A stretch of 64,000 nucleotides of DNA from an uncultured Eggerthellaceae bacterium (GTDB lineage Bacteria; Actinomycetota; Coriobacteriia; Coriobacteriales; Eggerthellaceae): NCBI GenBank assembly GCA_958454405.1, contig CAUEBO010000004.1, forward strand, positions 12,736 through 76,735, written 5' to 3'. The notes under the pieces are model-generated. The model searched no databases. It had not been told where the DNA came from and saw nothing but the letters and a program-made list of their open reading frames with translations. The position numbers and the translations under genes are program-made. Positions 17,872 to 27,698 of this stretch are shown piece after piece. How positions within the stretch are numbered: the first letter of the stretch is position 1; the number at the start of each line of letters is the position of its first letter.

Positions 17872-20136
17872 TCACCGTTTCGTTCCCTGCTCCGCCTGCA
17901 AGTGCTTTCCAAGCACGTCTTCGAGCTCGTCGATGTCGATGGGCTTGGTCAGGAAGCCGTCCATGCCGGCGGCCAGCGCGCGCTCGCGATCCTCGTTGAA
18001 CGCGTTCGCCGTCATGGCCACGATGGGCGGGCAGGGGCGCTTCTGGCGCGCGAGCGCATGGCGGATGGCCTTCACCGCTTCGATGCCGTTCATGCGGGGC
18101 ATCTGCATGTCCATGAACACGAGGTCGTAGTGGCCGTCGGGCGAATCGATCACCCGATCGACGGCCTCCAGGCCGTCGGGCACCGTTTCCACCTGGGCGC
18201 CGGTGTTCTGGATGAGCTCGCTGGCTATCTCGCAGTTGAGCTCGTTGTCCTCAACGAGCAGAACGCGCCCCTTGACCCGCGGGGGGATGCGCACCGTGCG
18301 AGAGCCGTCTTGCTGCCCGTTGCTGCACATCGACTGCAAAACGCGATAGAGCCTCGATTTGAACAGGGGCTTCGAAACGAACGCGGTCACGCCCGCGCCC
18401 TTCGCCTCGTCTTCGATCTCCGACCAGTCGTACGCTGACAAAAGGATGATGGGCGTGTCCTCGCCCACCTCCTCGCGGATGCGCCGCACCGTCTCGACGC
18501 CGTCCATGACGGGCATCACCCAGTCGATGATGATGGCGCGGAAGTCGTCGCCTTCCCGGTGGGCTTCGGTGGTGAGCGCGAGGGCCTCCGCGCCGGAAAA
18601 AGCCATGGCTCCCCGCAGCCCCGCTTCCTCCAAGAAGGGGAGCGTGTTTTCCAAGACGTCGGGGTCGTCGTCCACCACCAGCACGCGCGCGCCCCGCAGC
18701 TCGCTCAAGTCGGGCTCCTCGCTTTCGTCCTCGACCTTGAGGGGGATGGTGGCGGTGAACGTGGACCCCTCTCCAAGGACGCTTTCCACCTCGATGGTGC
18801 CGCCCATCATGTCGACGACGTTCTTGGTGATGGCCATGCCGAGGCCCGTGCCCTCGGTATGGTTCGTCTCCGCGCTCTCCTCCCGTTCGAACGGGTCGAA
18901 TATCCTCTCCAGGAATTCGGGCGACATGCCGGTTCCGGTGTCTTGCACGACGAACGCGTAGTCGCGGCATCCTTCCTGGTTCGACGGCTTCTCGTACATG
19001 GACAGGCGGACCGATCCGCCCTCGGGCGTGTACTTGACGGCGTTGCTGACGAGGTTGATGAGCGCTTGGTTGAGCCGCATCGAATCGCCAACGACGTTCT
19101 CCTGCTGGATGTTGCCTATGACGATGTCCAGCTGGAGGTTCTTCGCGCGCGCCTGCGGCTGGAGGATGGCGACGATGCCGCTGACGAGGTCGGGGAGGCT
19201 GAACGCTTCGTTGCTGAGGACGATCTTGCCGCTTTCTATCTTGCCCATGTCCAGCACGTCGTTGATGAGTCCGAGCAGGTGCTTGGACGACAGCGCGATG
19301 CGGTTGAGGCAGTCTTGGACGCGCTTCGGCTCGTTCAGGTGCGCGCCTGCGATGGCCGTCAGCCCGACGATGGCGTTCATGGGCGTGCGTATGTCATGGG
19401 ACATGTTCGAGAGGAACTGGGACTTCGCCGCGTTGGCGGTCTGCGCGAGCGCGAGCGCGTGCCGCACGTCCTCTTGGAGCTGCGCCTCCTGCTTGCGGTT
19501 GCGCCGGAGGATGGTCAGGTACACGGCGAGGGAGAGGATGACGGCGGCCATGAGGGCGCTGGCGACGGCAATGGTCTGTGCGCCGACGGCGGTGACGGTG
19601 GCGTACAGGTCGTCGACCGATTCGGACGATTCGTCGAGGACCGTGCGGTCGAGCTCGAGCAGCTTGTCGATGACGGGCTTGATGCTGTCGTTCGCGAACG
19701 CCGCGATCTGCTCGTCGGTGACGTCGGGATTTCGGCACAGCGCGATGTAGGCGGTCTGGATGTCGGCCAGATCCTCGTAACCCCGCTTGAGCGCCGTCGC
19801 CGTCTTGGCGTCGATGTCGTGGTTGTCGGCGATGAAGGCGGTCTTCTCCCGCATGTCCTCGTCTATCTGGGCATAGCTTTGCTCGACGTTGGCAATCGCC
19901 CCGTCGGTGCGCACGTAGAGGGGCCGGTCGGCAAGCGTCCTGCACTGCGTGAGCAGCGTCTCGATGCCTCCTGCCGCCACCGATACGGGGTAGGGGCTGT
20001 TCTTGATCTGCTCGGTTTTGTGGTCGACGGCGATCATGTTGTTGACCGTCGTGATGTAGAACGCCGCGAGCAGCATGATCAGCACGGCAGCCGTGATCCT
20101 TGACAGCCAGGCCGATCCGCGTGCGCTTTGTTGCAT
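17872..20136 (-). CDS. Hybrid sensor histidine kinase with two C-terminal receiver domains
   Basis: Two TM segments flank a ~170-aa extracytoplasmic region. H-box FLSNMSHDIRTPMN; N, G1 and G2 boxes (DTGTGM, GTGLGM); then two REC domains (VVDDD..., LVEDNELN...DMQMP). Confidence 0.9.
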   Translation of the reverse strand: MQQSARGSAWLSRITAAVLIMLLAAFYITTVNNMIAVDHKTEQIKNSPYPVSVAAGGIETLLTQCRTLADRPLYVRTDGAIANVEQSYAQIDEDMREKTAFIADNHDIDAKTATALKRGYEDLADIQTAYIALCRNPDVTDEQIAAFANDSIKPVIDKLLELDRTVLDESSESVDDLYATVTAVGAQTIAVASALMAAVILSLAVYLTILRRNRKQEAQLQEDVRHALALAQTANAAKSQFLSNMSHDIRTPMNAIVGLTAIAGAHLNEPKRVQDCLNRIALSSKHLLGLINDVLDMGKIESGKIVLSNEAFSLPDLVSGIVAILQPQARAKNLQLDIVIGNIQQENVVGDSMRLNQALINLVSNAVKYTPEGGSVRLSMYEKPSNQEGCRDYAFVVQDTGTGMSPEFLERIFDPFEREESAETNHTEGTGLGMAITKNVVDMMGGTIEVESVLGEGSTFTATIPLKVEDESEEPDLSELRGARVLVVDDDPDVLENTLPFLEEAGLRGAMAFSGAEALALTTEAHREGDDFRAIIIDWVMPVMDGVETVRRIREEVGEDTPIILLSAYDWSEIEDEAKGAGVTAFVSKPLFKSRLYRVLQSMCSNGQQDGSRTVRIPPRVKGRVLLVEDNELNCEIASELIQNTGAQVETVPDGLEAVDRVIDSPDGHYDLVFMDMQMPRMNGIEAVKAIRHALARQKRPCPPIVAMTANAFNEDRERALAAGMDGFLTKPIDIDELEDVLGKHLQAEQGTKR

Positions 20137-20487
20137 GATGGTCCTTTTCTCCCTGGAGGCGTTGCCGGGCGCCGTACGCGCGCAGCGTGCGTCGGGACAA
20201 GTTTACCGCTTCGCTCAGTTTCTCAGACTACTAAAGCCGACAATCGCGGCGGCTGTTTGACAAGCTGTAACGTGCGGGGCCTTGCCCGGAGCCTTCTTGG
20301 AACCGCGCGGATACGGAAGCGGGGGACCGGGGTGAAGGGGAGCCGCAGCGCGCCATCTTGTCCGTGCGGTTGCGGATGCTTCGGGGGCGAGAGCGCGGCG
20401 GTCTCGGGTATACTGGCCCCGGCGCCGCTGCCACCCGGCATCCGGCGCGCCCGCTTCGCCATCGGACCGAGAAGGAGCTCGCCGGCC

Positions 20488-21324
20488 ATGCCGATCATAC
20501 GCCTTGAAAACCTGGACGATCCGCGCCTCGCGCCGTATTCGGGGATGACCGACGCCCAGCTGCGCGATTGTGCGCATGCCGCGCACGGCCTGTTCATCGC
20601 GGAATCGCGCAAGGTCGTCGAGCGCGCGCTCGCCGCCGGGGCGCGCCCGGTCTCGCTTTTCATGGAGGAGCGCTGGCTCGGGCAGAGCATGCCGCTCGTC
20701 GACCGCTTGACGGCGGACGATCCGGCTTTTCCGGCGTTCGTCGCCACGCGCGAGCAGTTCCATGCGCTCACGGGCTACGAAGTGACGCGCGGCGCGCTGG
20801 CCGCGTTCGAGCGGCCCGAGCTGCCGAGCGTGGAGGAGGCGGTGGCGGGCGCCCGCCGCGTCGCGGTGCTGGAGGACATCACGAACTACACGAACATCGG
20901 GGCGATCTTCCGCTCGGCTGCGGCGCTCGGAGTGGACGCCGTGCTGATCACGCCGTCGTGCCATGATCCGCTGTACCGCCGTGCGGCCCGCGTGTCGATG
21001 GGGACGGTGTTCCAGGTGCCGTGGACGCGCATCGGCAGCGTGCGCGACTGGGCGGCCGAAGGCGTGCCCCTGCTGCACGGCTTGGGGTTCAAAGCGGCGG
21101 CGCTCGCGCTTTCCGACGAAGCGGTTCCCTTGCACGACGAGCGCCTGCGCGCTTGCGATCGGCTGGCCCTTGTGCTGGGCACCGAAGGCGACGGGCTGTC
21201 CGCATCCACCATCGCCCGGTGCGACTGGACGGTGAAGATCCCCATGGACCACGAAGTGGATTCCCTCAACGTGGCCGCGGCGAGCGCCGTCGCCTTTTGG
21301 GAGCTGAGGACGAGGCACCGATAG
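20488..21324 (+). CDS. TrmH/SpoU family RNA 2'-O-methyltransferase
   Basis: NYTNIGAIFRSAAALG, LVLGTEGDGLS, and IPMDHEVDSLNVAAASAVAFWE. RBS GAAGGAG. Confidence 0.8.
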   Translation: MPIIRLENLDDPRLAPYSGMTDAQLRDCAHAAHGLFIAESRKVVERALAAGARPVSLFMEERWLGQSMPLVDRLTADDPAFPAFVATREQFHALTGYEVTRGALAAFERPELPSVEEAVAGARRVAVLEDITNYTNIGAIFRSAAALGVDAVLITPSCHDPLYRRAARVSMGTVFQVPWTRIGSVRDWAAEGVPLLHGLGFKAAALALSDEAVPLHDERLRACDRLALVLGTEGDGLSASTIARCDWTVKIPMDHEVDSLNVAAASAVAFWELRTRHR

Positions 21325-21631
21325 CGTCCCGCTTGGGCACGTCGCCGGAGGCGGCCGTCTCCGGTTGCGCGAAGGCTTCGGTGCGGAGGCTTGGCGCAAC
21401 CAGTTCCTGCACGGCGGCGAAATAAAAGGGGATCGGTCTGTTTTACCTGCTGGCAGAAGTGGTACCATCGTTGCAAGAACGTGCTCCGAACGCGGGCGCT
21501 GTTCGGCTGGGGCTTGGGAAGCCGTGCTTTCTGCGGCAGTCGCGCAGCGGTCTCGCGCCGGGGCGATGAAGCTCCGCCGCGCCTCGGTTCGCGGCGCCGC
21601 AGGGGAAAGCCGAAGCCAGGAGGTACGTCCA

Positions 21632-22090
21632 ATGAAGATCATGGTTATCAACGGCCCGAATCTCAACATGACGGGGATACGCGAGAAGGGCTACTACGGT
21701 TCGAAGACGTACGAGGACGTGATGGCGGATCTGAAGGAGTACGGCGAGGCGCGCGGCCACGAGATGGACATCCTGCAGACGAACCACGAGGGCACGATCA
21801 TCGACAACTTGCATCGGGCCTACTTCGAGGCGTTCGACGGCGTGATATACAATCCGGGCGCCCATGTGCATTACAGCTACGCGATCAAGGACGCCATCGT
21901 CGCCAGCGGCAGGCCGGTGATAGAGGTCCACTTCTCCAACATCTACGCGCGGGTGCCGGACGAGGGCCTGTACCGCAAGGAGAGCGTGACGGCTCCCGCC
22001 TGCGTCGGCTACGTTGCGGGCCTGGGCGCGATCGGCTACAAGCTGGCCGTCGAGGGGCTTGAAGACGTGGTGGCGCGCGCTGATTCGTAG
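21632..22090 (+). CDS. aroQ: Type II 3-dehydroquinate dehydratase
   Basis: MKIMVINGPNLNMTGIRE, QTNHEGTIID, IYNPGAHVHYSYAIKDA, and EVHFSNIYAR. RBS AGGAGG. Confidence 0.9.
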   Translation: MKIMVINGPNLNMTGIREKGYYGSKTYEDVMADLKEYGEARGHEMDILQTNHEGTIIDNLHRAYFEAFDGVIYNPGAHVHYSYAIKDAIVASGRPVIEVHFSNIYARVPDEGLYRKESVTAPACVGYVAGLGAIGYKLAVEGLEDVVARADS

Positions 22091-22312
22091 CGCGAGCCAC
22101 GGGCGGCGGGGGCGATCCGCTGCTGCGAACGGAGGCGCCGAGCGCGCCTGATGCCATCCAGGATCCGGGCCTTGGAGACTGAGGCTTCCTTCCGCTCCTT
22201 CCACGCGTTCCGAACGCCGCGTTGACGCTTCGGCTCGTCCGTCTGCTGGCAAACGGGCTTCCGATACCATGAGGGCCGACGGTTGCCGGCTCGCTGCGGA
22301 AGGAGGCCTCCG

Positions 22313-22675
22313 ATGGAGATGGGCTCGCTGCCCGAATGGTTCACGGCATGCGCCGAGCTGCTGGCGGTGTGCACGGCCCTGTTCCTGCCCCAGATCACCG
22401 CCCGCCGCGCGCGCAGGGAGAGCCTCATGCGCATGCGCCGGGTGACGAAGGGCCTGCTGAGCGCGCTCGCGGACGATCGTGAGAACTGCGGTGGCGAAGC
22501 CGTCGACGAGCTGGAGAGCGCCAAGGACCTGCAACTCTACCTGCGCGTTGCGTTCTTCGCCCTGAGCGAGCCGAGCGAGATCGCGCTGCGCGACGAAGTG
22601 CAGCGGCTGTACCGCGCCCTTGCGCGTCCTCGGCCCGACGTGGCGGCCGTGCGCAAGGAGATCGCGGCCCTCTAG
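22313..22675 (+). CDS. Small hypothetical protein with one N-terminal hydrophobic helix
   Basis: RBS GGAAGGAGG lies before ATG 22313, directly upstream of patatin paralogue 2. No motif recognised. Confidence 0.4.
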   Translation: MEMGSLPEWFTACAELLAVCTALFLPQITARRARRESLMRMRRVTKGLLSALADDRENCGGEAVDELESAKDLQLYLRVAFFALSEPSEIALRDEVQRLYRALARPRPDVAAVRKEIAAL

Positions 22676-22723
22676 GCCGCGCAGGCGCTCGCGATGGCGG
22701 ATGGGACGGACGGTGGGAAGGCG

Positions 22724-23599
22724 ATGGAAAGCACCGTGCACGACGTGGCCCTGGTGTTCGAGGGCGGCGGCATGCGCAATTCCTACTCGGCGGGGGCGGT
22801 TGCCGTCATGTTGGAGAACGGGCTGTTCTTCGACGACGTGTACGGCCTGTCGGCCGGAGCGACGAACGCCATCGACTACCTGTCGCGCGATGCGCGCCGG
22901 GTGGAGGCGTCGTTCACGGTCTGCCTCGACGACGCCTCGTTTCGCTGGTGGCTCGAGCCGCTCGTGTTCGCGGACGGCTTCGGCGCGCTGCGCCGCGGGG
23001 ACGGCGAGGCGCGGAGCGGCTGCAGGCTGCCGTTCGACTTCGCGGCGTTCAAGGAGAATCCGGCTCGGGTCACGCTGCAGGCCCTCGATCGCGACAGCGG
23101 CGAGACGGCGTACTTCACGCGCGACGACGTTTCCACGGAAGGCGCGCTCATGGCCTGCGTGCGAGCCTCGTCCAGCTATCCCGTCGTGTTTCCGCCGACG
23201 TGGATCGGCGGACGGGCCCTGTACGACGGCGGCATCGGCGACGGGGCCGGCATCATGTTGCCGCGCGCAACGGTCGACGGCCTGCAGCGGTACTTCGTCG
23301 TGTGCACGCGCCCGCGCGGCTTCCGGCGGCCTGAGCGGCCCAACCGCCTGTACGACGCGTTCTTCTGGCGGCGCCCCCGCATGCGCGCGGCCCTGGACAC
23401 GTGGGCTCGGCGCTACAACGCCGAACTCGACCTGCTCGAGCACCTGGAAGCGGAGGGCCGCGCCTACGTGTTCTACGCGAATGGCCAGGGCGTCGCGAAC
23501 ACCGAACGCGACGAGGCGAAGCTGCGCGCAAACTTCATGCGGGGGAAGGCGCAGGCCGAAGCCGAGCTGGGCGCGTGGATGCGGTTTCTGGGCCGCTAG
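22724..23599 (+). CDS. Patatin-like phospholipase family protein (paralogue 2)
   Basis: FEGGGMRNS, GLSAGAT, and LYDGGIGDG; collinear with paralogue 1. ATG 22724 has GGGAAGG upstream, whereas ATG 22694 has no RBS. Confidence 0.75.
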   Translation: MESTVHDVALVFEGGGMRNSYSAGAVAVMLENGLFFDDVYGLSAGATNAIDYLSRDARRVEASFTVCLDDASFRWWLEPLVFADGFGALRRGDGEARSGCRLPFDFAAFKENPARVTLQALDRDSGETAYFTRDDVSTEGALMACVRASSSYPVVFPPTWIGGRALYDGGIGDGAGIMLPRATVDGLQRYFVVCTRPRGFRRPERPNRLYDAFFWRRPRMRAALDTWARRYNAELDLLEHLEAEGRAYVFYANGQGVANTERDEAKLRANFMRGKAQAEAELGAWMRFLGR

Positions 23600-23730
23600 C
23601 GATCGCAGCCCTTCTGCTTGGCGGCCGAGGCGACGGCGTGGAGTATACTTGCACGAAGGCGGAATGCCGCGCGGGCGGCTCTCACCCACCCCCTCCTCTG
23701 AAGCGATTGCACCCCACGCCCTCCGTGCGG

Positions 23731-23882
23731 AAGATGACCGAAAACGTGGTCGAATGTGCAGTCGCCGAAAGCGAAATCGGGCATGCGAATTTCGCGACCA
23801 GGCGTTTTGCACGATCGAGGCGCGCGAAGGGGCGCGGATCGGCTACGCAGACTGCGCATTCGACCGCGTTTTCGGTCATTTT
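23731..23882 (+). repeat. 152-nt structured inverted-repeat element (33-nt arms), candidate MITE or structured RNA
   Basis: Arm 23731-23763 pairs with arm 23850-23882 by 30 Watson-Crick pairs plus 3 G.U pairs, when read as plus-strand RNA. The 86-nt interior has two further local hairpins. Confidence 0.6.
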
Positions 23883-24130
23883 TGATTTTGCCCGGAGCCG
23901 GCCGGTCTTTGGAAGGATCCGTCCCCTTCATGAGGGGCCTCCCATGCAGCCCGACGGCGGGAGGATCAGCTCGAAAGCCTGCGCACGTAGATGCGTGTCA
24001 ACGGCGGCTTGACGGCGGACTCCGCGCGCCCCTCATCGAGTGCGGCTTCGTTGCGCGATGGCGTTCCGTCGGTCTCCCAGCCGTATAATGGACCGAAAAC
24101 CGATGCGGGTTCGAAGGGAAGGCGAAAACG

Positions 24131-25096
24131 ATGGCGAAGATCGTCGTGGTGGACAGCGATTTCGAGAGCTCGGATTTCGAGGAGCGGCTGGCGCGCGAGG
24201 CCGGGGTGGACATCGCATGCTTCGATTCGCGCGCCGTCGAGGACGTGATCCGCAACGCCGGCGACGCGGACGGCGTCATCACCTCGTACGGGTCGTTCCC
24301 GCGCGAAGTGTTCGAGGAGCTGCCGCGCCTGCGGGTGGTCAGCCGCACGGGCGTCGGCTACGACGACATCGACGTGGAGGCTGCCACCGAGCACGGCGTT
24401 GCAGTGTGCACGGTGCCGGGGTATGGGACGGAAGTGGTGTCCGACCACGCCGTGGCGCTCGCGTTGTGCGTGCTGCGCCGTCTGAACGAGATCGACGCCG
24501 ACATGCGCGCCGGTGTGTGGGATTACGCGCGCAGGCGCCCGCTCGGCCAGGTGCATGGCCGCGTGTTCGGCGTGGTGGGCATGGGCGAGATAGGCCGCGC
24601 GACCGCCCGCAAGGCTGCAGGGCTCGGGTTCCGCGTGGTCTGCTGGTCGCGATCGCTTCCGGCGGGCAGAAGGACGCCGGAGGGCTACGACATCCTCGAG
24701 CTTGAAGAGCTCCTGCAATGCGCCGACGTGGTCAGCCTGCACACGGCGCTCTCCCCCGAGACGCATCATCTGCTGGATGCGCGCCGCCTGGCGCTCATGA
24801 AGCGCGACGCGGTCGTGGTGAACACGGCGCGCGGCGCGGTCGTGGACACGGCGGCGCTTGCCCGGGCGCTGGAGGCGGGGAAGCTGTGGGGCGCGGGGCT
24901 CGACGTGTACGAGGAAGAGCCGATCGGCCCCGATCATCCGCTCATGCGCGCTCCGCACACCGTGCTCACGTCGCATGCCGCGTACTGGTCCGAGGAATCG
25001 GGAATCGAACTGCGCACCCGCACCATGCGCAACGCCGTCGACGTGGTGCAGGGCCGCCGCCCGGCGGATTGCCTGAATCCCCAAGTGCTCGGGTAG
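24131..25096 (+). CDS. D-isomer-specific 2-hydroxyacid dehydrogenase family protein
   Basis: GVGYDDIDVEAATEHGV, NAD fold VFGVVGMGEIGRATA, and catalytic-type NTARG...D..HPL...TSH. Confidence 0.8.
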   Translation: MAKIVVVDSDFESSDFEERLAREAGVDIACFDSRAVEDVIRNAGDADGVITSYGSFPREVFEELPRLRVVSRTGVGYDDIDVEAATEHGVAVCTVPGYGTEVVSDHAVALALCVLRRLNEIDADMRAGVWDYARRRPLGQVHGRVFGVVGMGEIGRATARKAAGLGFRVVCWSRSLPAGRRTPEGYDILELEELLQCADVVSLHTALSPETHHLLDARRLALMKRDAVVVNTARGAVVDTAALARALEAGKLWGAGLDVYEEEPIGPDHPLMRAPHTVLTSHAAYWSEESGIELRTRTMRNAVDVVQGRRPADCLNPQVLG

Positions 25097-25162
25097 GCGA
25101 GCGCCTGGGAAATCGGGCGAAACGGGGACCGGCGCCGTCGCCGCGCGGCGCTTCGCGCAAGG

Positions 25163-26374
25163 CTACAGGTGGGCCTGGATGAGCTTGGGGCGCAGGCCTG
25201 CATCTTCAAGCGCGCCCACGATCTCCAGCTTGTGCTCGGTGCCGAACGCCTCGATGGTGACGCGCAGCTCGACGGCCGCGTTGCGGTTCGTGTTGACGAA
25301 CTGGTTGTGGTCGAGGCGGATGACGTTGCCGCGATGGCCGGCGATGACCTGCGAGACGTGCACGAGCTCGCCGGGACGGTCGGGCAGCAGCACCGACACG
25401 GTGAAGATGCGGTCGCGCAGGATCAGCCCGTGCTGCACCACTGACGACATGGTGATGACGTCCATGTTGCCGCCTGAGAGCACCGAAACCACTTTCTTGC
25501 CCGTGAAGTCCAGATGGCGCAGCGCCGCCACGGTGAGGAGCCCCGAATTCTCCACGATCATCTTGTGGTTCTCCACCATGTCGAGGAATGCGGCCACAAG
25601 CTCCTCGTCTTCCACGGTGATGACGCCGTCGAGGTTTTGCTGCAGGTAGGGGAACACGAGGTCGCCCGGCTCCTCCACGGCGGTGCCGTCCGCGATGGTG
25701 TCCACGCAGGGCAGCTTCACGACGCGGCCCGCCTCGAGAGACGCCTTCACGCACGCCGCGCCGGCTGGCTCCACGCCGATCACCTTGATATGCGGGTTGA
25801 GCAGCTTCGCGAGCGTCGAAACGCCGGTGGCGAGTCCGCCTCCGCCGATGGGCACCAGAATGCAGTCCACCAGCGGCAGCTCCTGCACGATCTCCATGGC
25901 GATGGTTCCCTGCCCGGTGGCCACACCCAGGTCGTTGAAGGGATGGATGAAGGTGAGGCCCTGCTCTTCGGCCAGCTGGAGGGCGTGCTCGCACGCTTCG
26001 TCGTACACGTCGCCGTGCAGCACCACGTCCGCCCCCAGGCCCTCGGTGCGCTCCACCTTGATGAACGGGGTGGTGGTGGGCATGACGATGACGGCCTGCA
26101 CGCCATAGCGCGCGGCGGCGTACGCCACGCCTTGGGCATGGTTTCCCGCAGAGGCGGTGATCAGGCCGCGCCGACGCTCCTCGTCGGTGAGCGTGCTGAT
26201 CTTGTAATAGGCGCCGCGCACCTTGTAGGCGCCCGTGCGCTGCAGGTTCTCGGGCTTGAAGAACACCCGGTTGTCCGCGATTTCGCTGAAATAGGGGCTT
26301 TCGATGAGCTTCGTCTTCTGGGTCACCTCGCGTACCTTGACGGAAGCATCCTCGAATGAATCCAATGTGAGCAT
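25163..26374 (-). CDS. ilvA: Threonine ammonia-lyase (PLP-dependent, short form with C-terminal ACT-like domain)
   Basis: FKPENLQRTGAYKVRGA (PLP Lys), SAGNHAQGVA, and PIGGGGLATG. The C-terminal ~80 aa look regulatory. Confidence 0.85.
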   Translation of the reverse strand: MLTLDSFEDASVKVREVTQKTKLIESPYFSEIADNRVFFKPENLQRTGAYKVRGAYYKISTLTDEERRRGLITASAGNHAQGVAYAAARYGVQAVIVMPTTTPFIKVERTEGLGADVVLHGDVYDEACEHALQLAEEQGLTFIHPFNDLGVATGQGTIAMEIVQELPLVDCILVPIGGGGLATGVSTLAKLLNPHIKVIGVEPAGAACVKASLEAGRVVKLPCVDTIADGTAVEEPGDLVFPYLQQNLDGVITVEDEELVAAFLDMVENHKMIVENSGLLTVAALRHLDFTGKKVVSVLSGGNMDVITMSSVVQHGLILRDRIFTVSVLLPDRPGELVHVSQVIAGHRGNVIRLDHNQFVNTNRNAAVELRVTIEAFGTEHKLEIVGALEDAGLRPKLIQAHL

Positions 26375-26500
26375 GGTCGATCCTTCGTTCTCCGTTCTTT
26401 GCATCGCTGACCACTATAGAGCCTTCAACTCACGATACGCTAGAATAACCGTAGGATTGACGTTTCGCTTGAGGCAAGCGCGAAGAAAGGCAGGTGCACC

Positions 26501-26884
26501 ATGACCGTCGTTGCAACGTCGGAGGCGCCCGCGGCCATCGGGCCGTACGTTCAAGGGCGCATCGCGCGCGGATTGCTGTTCGCCTCGGGCCAGATCGCGC
26601 TCGATCCGGCCACGGGCGAGCTGGCGGGCTCGACCATCGAGGAGCAGGCCGAGCAGGTGATGCGCAACGTCGGCGCCATTCTGAAAGCGGCCGGCACCGA
26701 TTTCGCGCATGTGGTGAAGGCCACGTGCTTCCTTCAGGACATCGACGACTTCGCCGCCTTCAACGCCGTGTACGCGCGGTCGTTCGGCGAGGAGCGCCCG
26801 GCCCGCTCGGCCGTCGGCGTGGCGAAGTTGCCGAAGGGCGCGTTGGTGGAGGTGGAGGTCGTCGCCGAGGTGCCGGAGGGGTAG
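26501..26884 (+). CDS. ridA: RidA family reactive enamine/imine deaminase
   Basis: APAAIGPYVQG, SGQIALDP, and PARSAVGVAKLPKGALVEVE are the YjgF/RidA signature. Confidence 0.9.
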   Translation: MTVVATSEAPAAIGPYVQGRIARGLLFASGQIALDPATGELAGSTIEEQAEQVMRNVGAILKAAGTDFAHVVKATCFLQDIDDFAAFNAVYARSFGEERPARSAVGVAKLPKGALVEVEVVAEVPEG

Positions 26885-27027
26885 CGCTACAACTTTTGCC
26901 TTCTTCTTGCGCTCAGGTCTAGCGGTCGCTTCTGCTGAATGGTATGTTTGCGGGTAGTCAGCGGCGTTGGAACGCGGCTTCCCATCGCGAGGCGCTCGCG
27001 CGCTTCGGCGTAGAAAGGAGGCTCCCC

Positions 27028-27603
27028 ATGGAGCTTATGGACGCCATCAAAGGCAGGAGAAGCATCAGGAAGTTCACCGACGAGCCTGTTCCCCGGGAAA
27101 CGATCGAGCATCTTCTTGAAGCGGCCACCTGGGCCCCTTCGGGGCAGAACCTGCAACCGTGGTATTTCGTGGCGCTCACGCAGAAGGAGGATCTGTCGTT
27201 TCTGTTCTCCGAGCTGGGGACGACGGCATTCTCCCATCGCAAGGAGCTCGAAGCCCGTTTCAAGAACAATCCCGAGATCGTCGAGGAGACGATGGAGTTC
27301 GTGAGCGCGATGGGCGGCGCCTCCACGATCATCCTCGCGTTCCTGCACAAGCCCACGTACAGCGAAGAGCTGCTGCCCAGCTGCATCGAGAGCGTGTCGG
27401 CGGCTATGGAGAACCTGTGCCTTGCCGCCTACGAGCAGGGCCTCGGCTCGTGCTGGGTCGAAGTGGTCTGCCGGGCGGGCGAGGCGCTGCATGACCGGTT
27501 CGCGCCGGACAAGGGCAAGCTCATCGGCGGCATCGTGTTGGGCTATCCCGCCATGGAAGCCCGTCCGATCAAGCGCAAGGACGGGCGCTACGAGATCAGG
27601 TAA
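27028..27603 (+). CDS. Nitroreductase family protein
   Basis: AIKGRRSIRKFTDEPV and APSGQNLQPWYFV. RBS AAAGGAGG. Confidence 0.85.
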   Translation: MELMDAIKGRRSIRKFTDEPVPRETIEHLLEAATWAPSGQNLQPWYFVALTQKEDLSFLFSELGTTAFSHRKELEARFKNNPEIVEETMEFVSAMGGASTIILAFLHKPTYSEELLPSCIESVSAAMENLCLAAYEQGLGSCWVEVVCRAGEALHDRFAPDKGKLIGGIVLGYPAMEARPIKRKDGRYEIR

Positions 27604-27620
27604 ACGCCAAGGAATCGGAT

Positions 27621-27669
27621 GCGGACCGCCCCCGCAGGGCGAAAATTGTTCTCCTGCGGGGGCGGCCGC
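27621..27669 (+). terminator. Long GC-rich hairpin between the nitroreductase and WYL genes (terminator or regulatory stem)
   Basis: GCGGACCGCCCCCGCAGG ... CCTGCGGGGGCGGCCGC forms a 17-bp stem with one bulge and a 14-nt loop. There is no clear U-tract. Confidence 0.45.
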
Positions 27670-27698
27670 ATGTTCGGAGCCGTGCTGGAGGGAGGCGC

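Noticed and set aside
23682-23879. Mirror-image small ORFs on both strands beginning MTENxVECAV.
   Set aside because: They are an automatic consequence of the 33-nt inverted repeat. There is no RBS and no coding signal.
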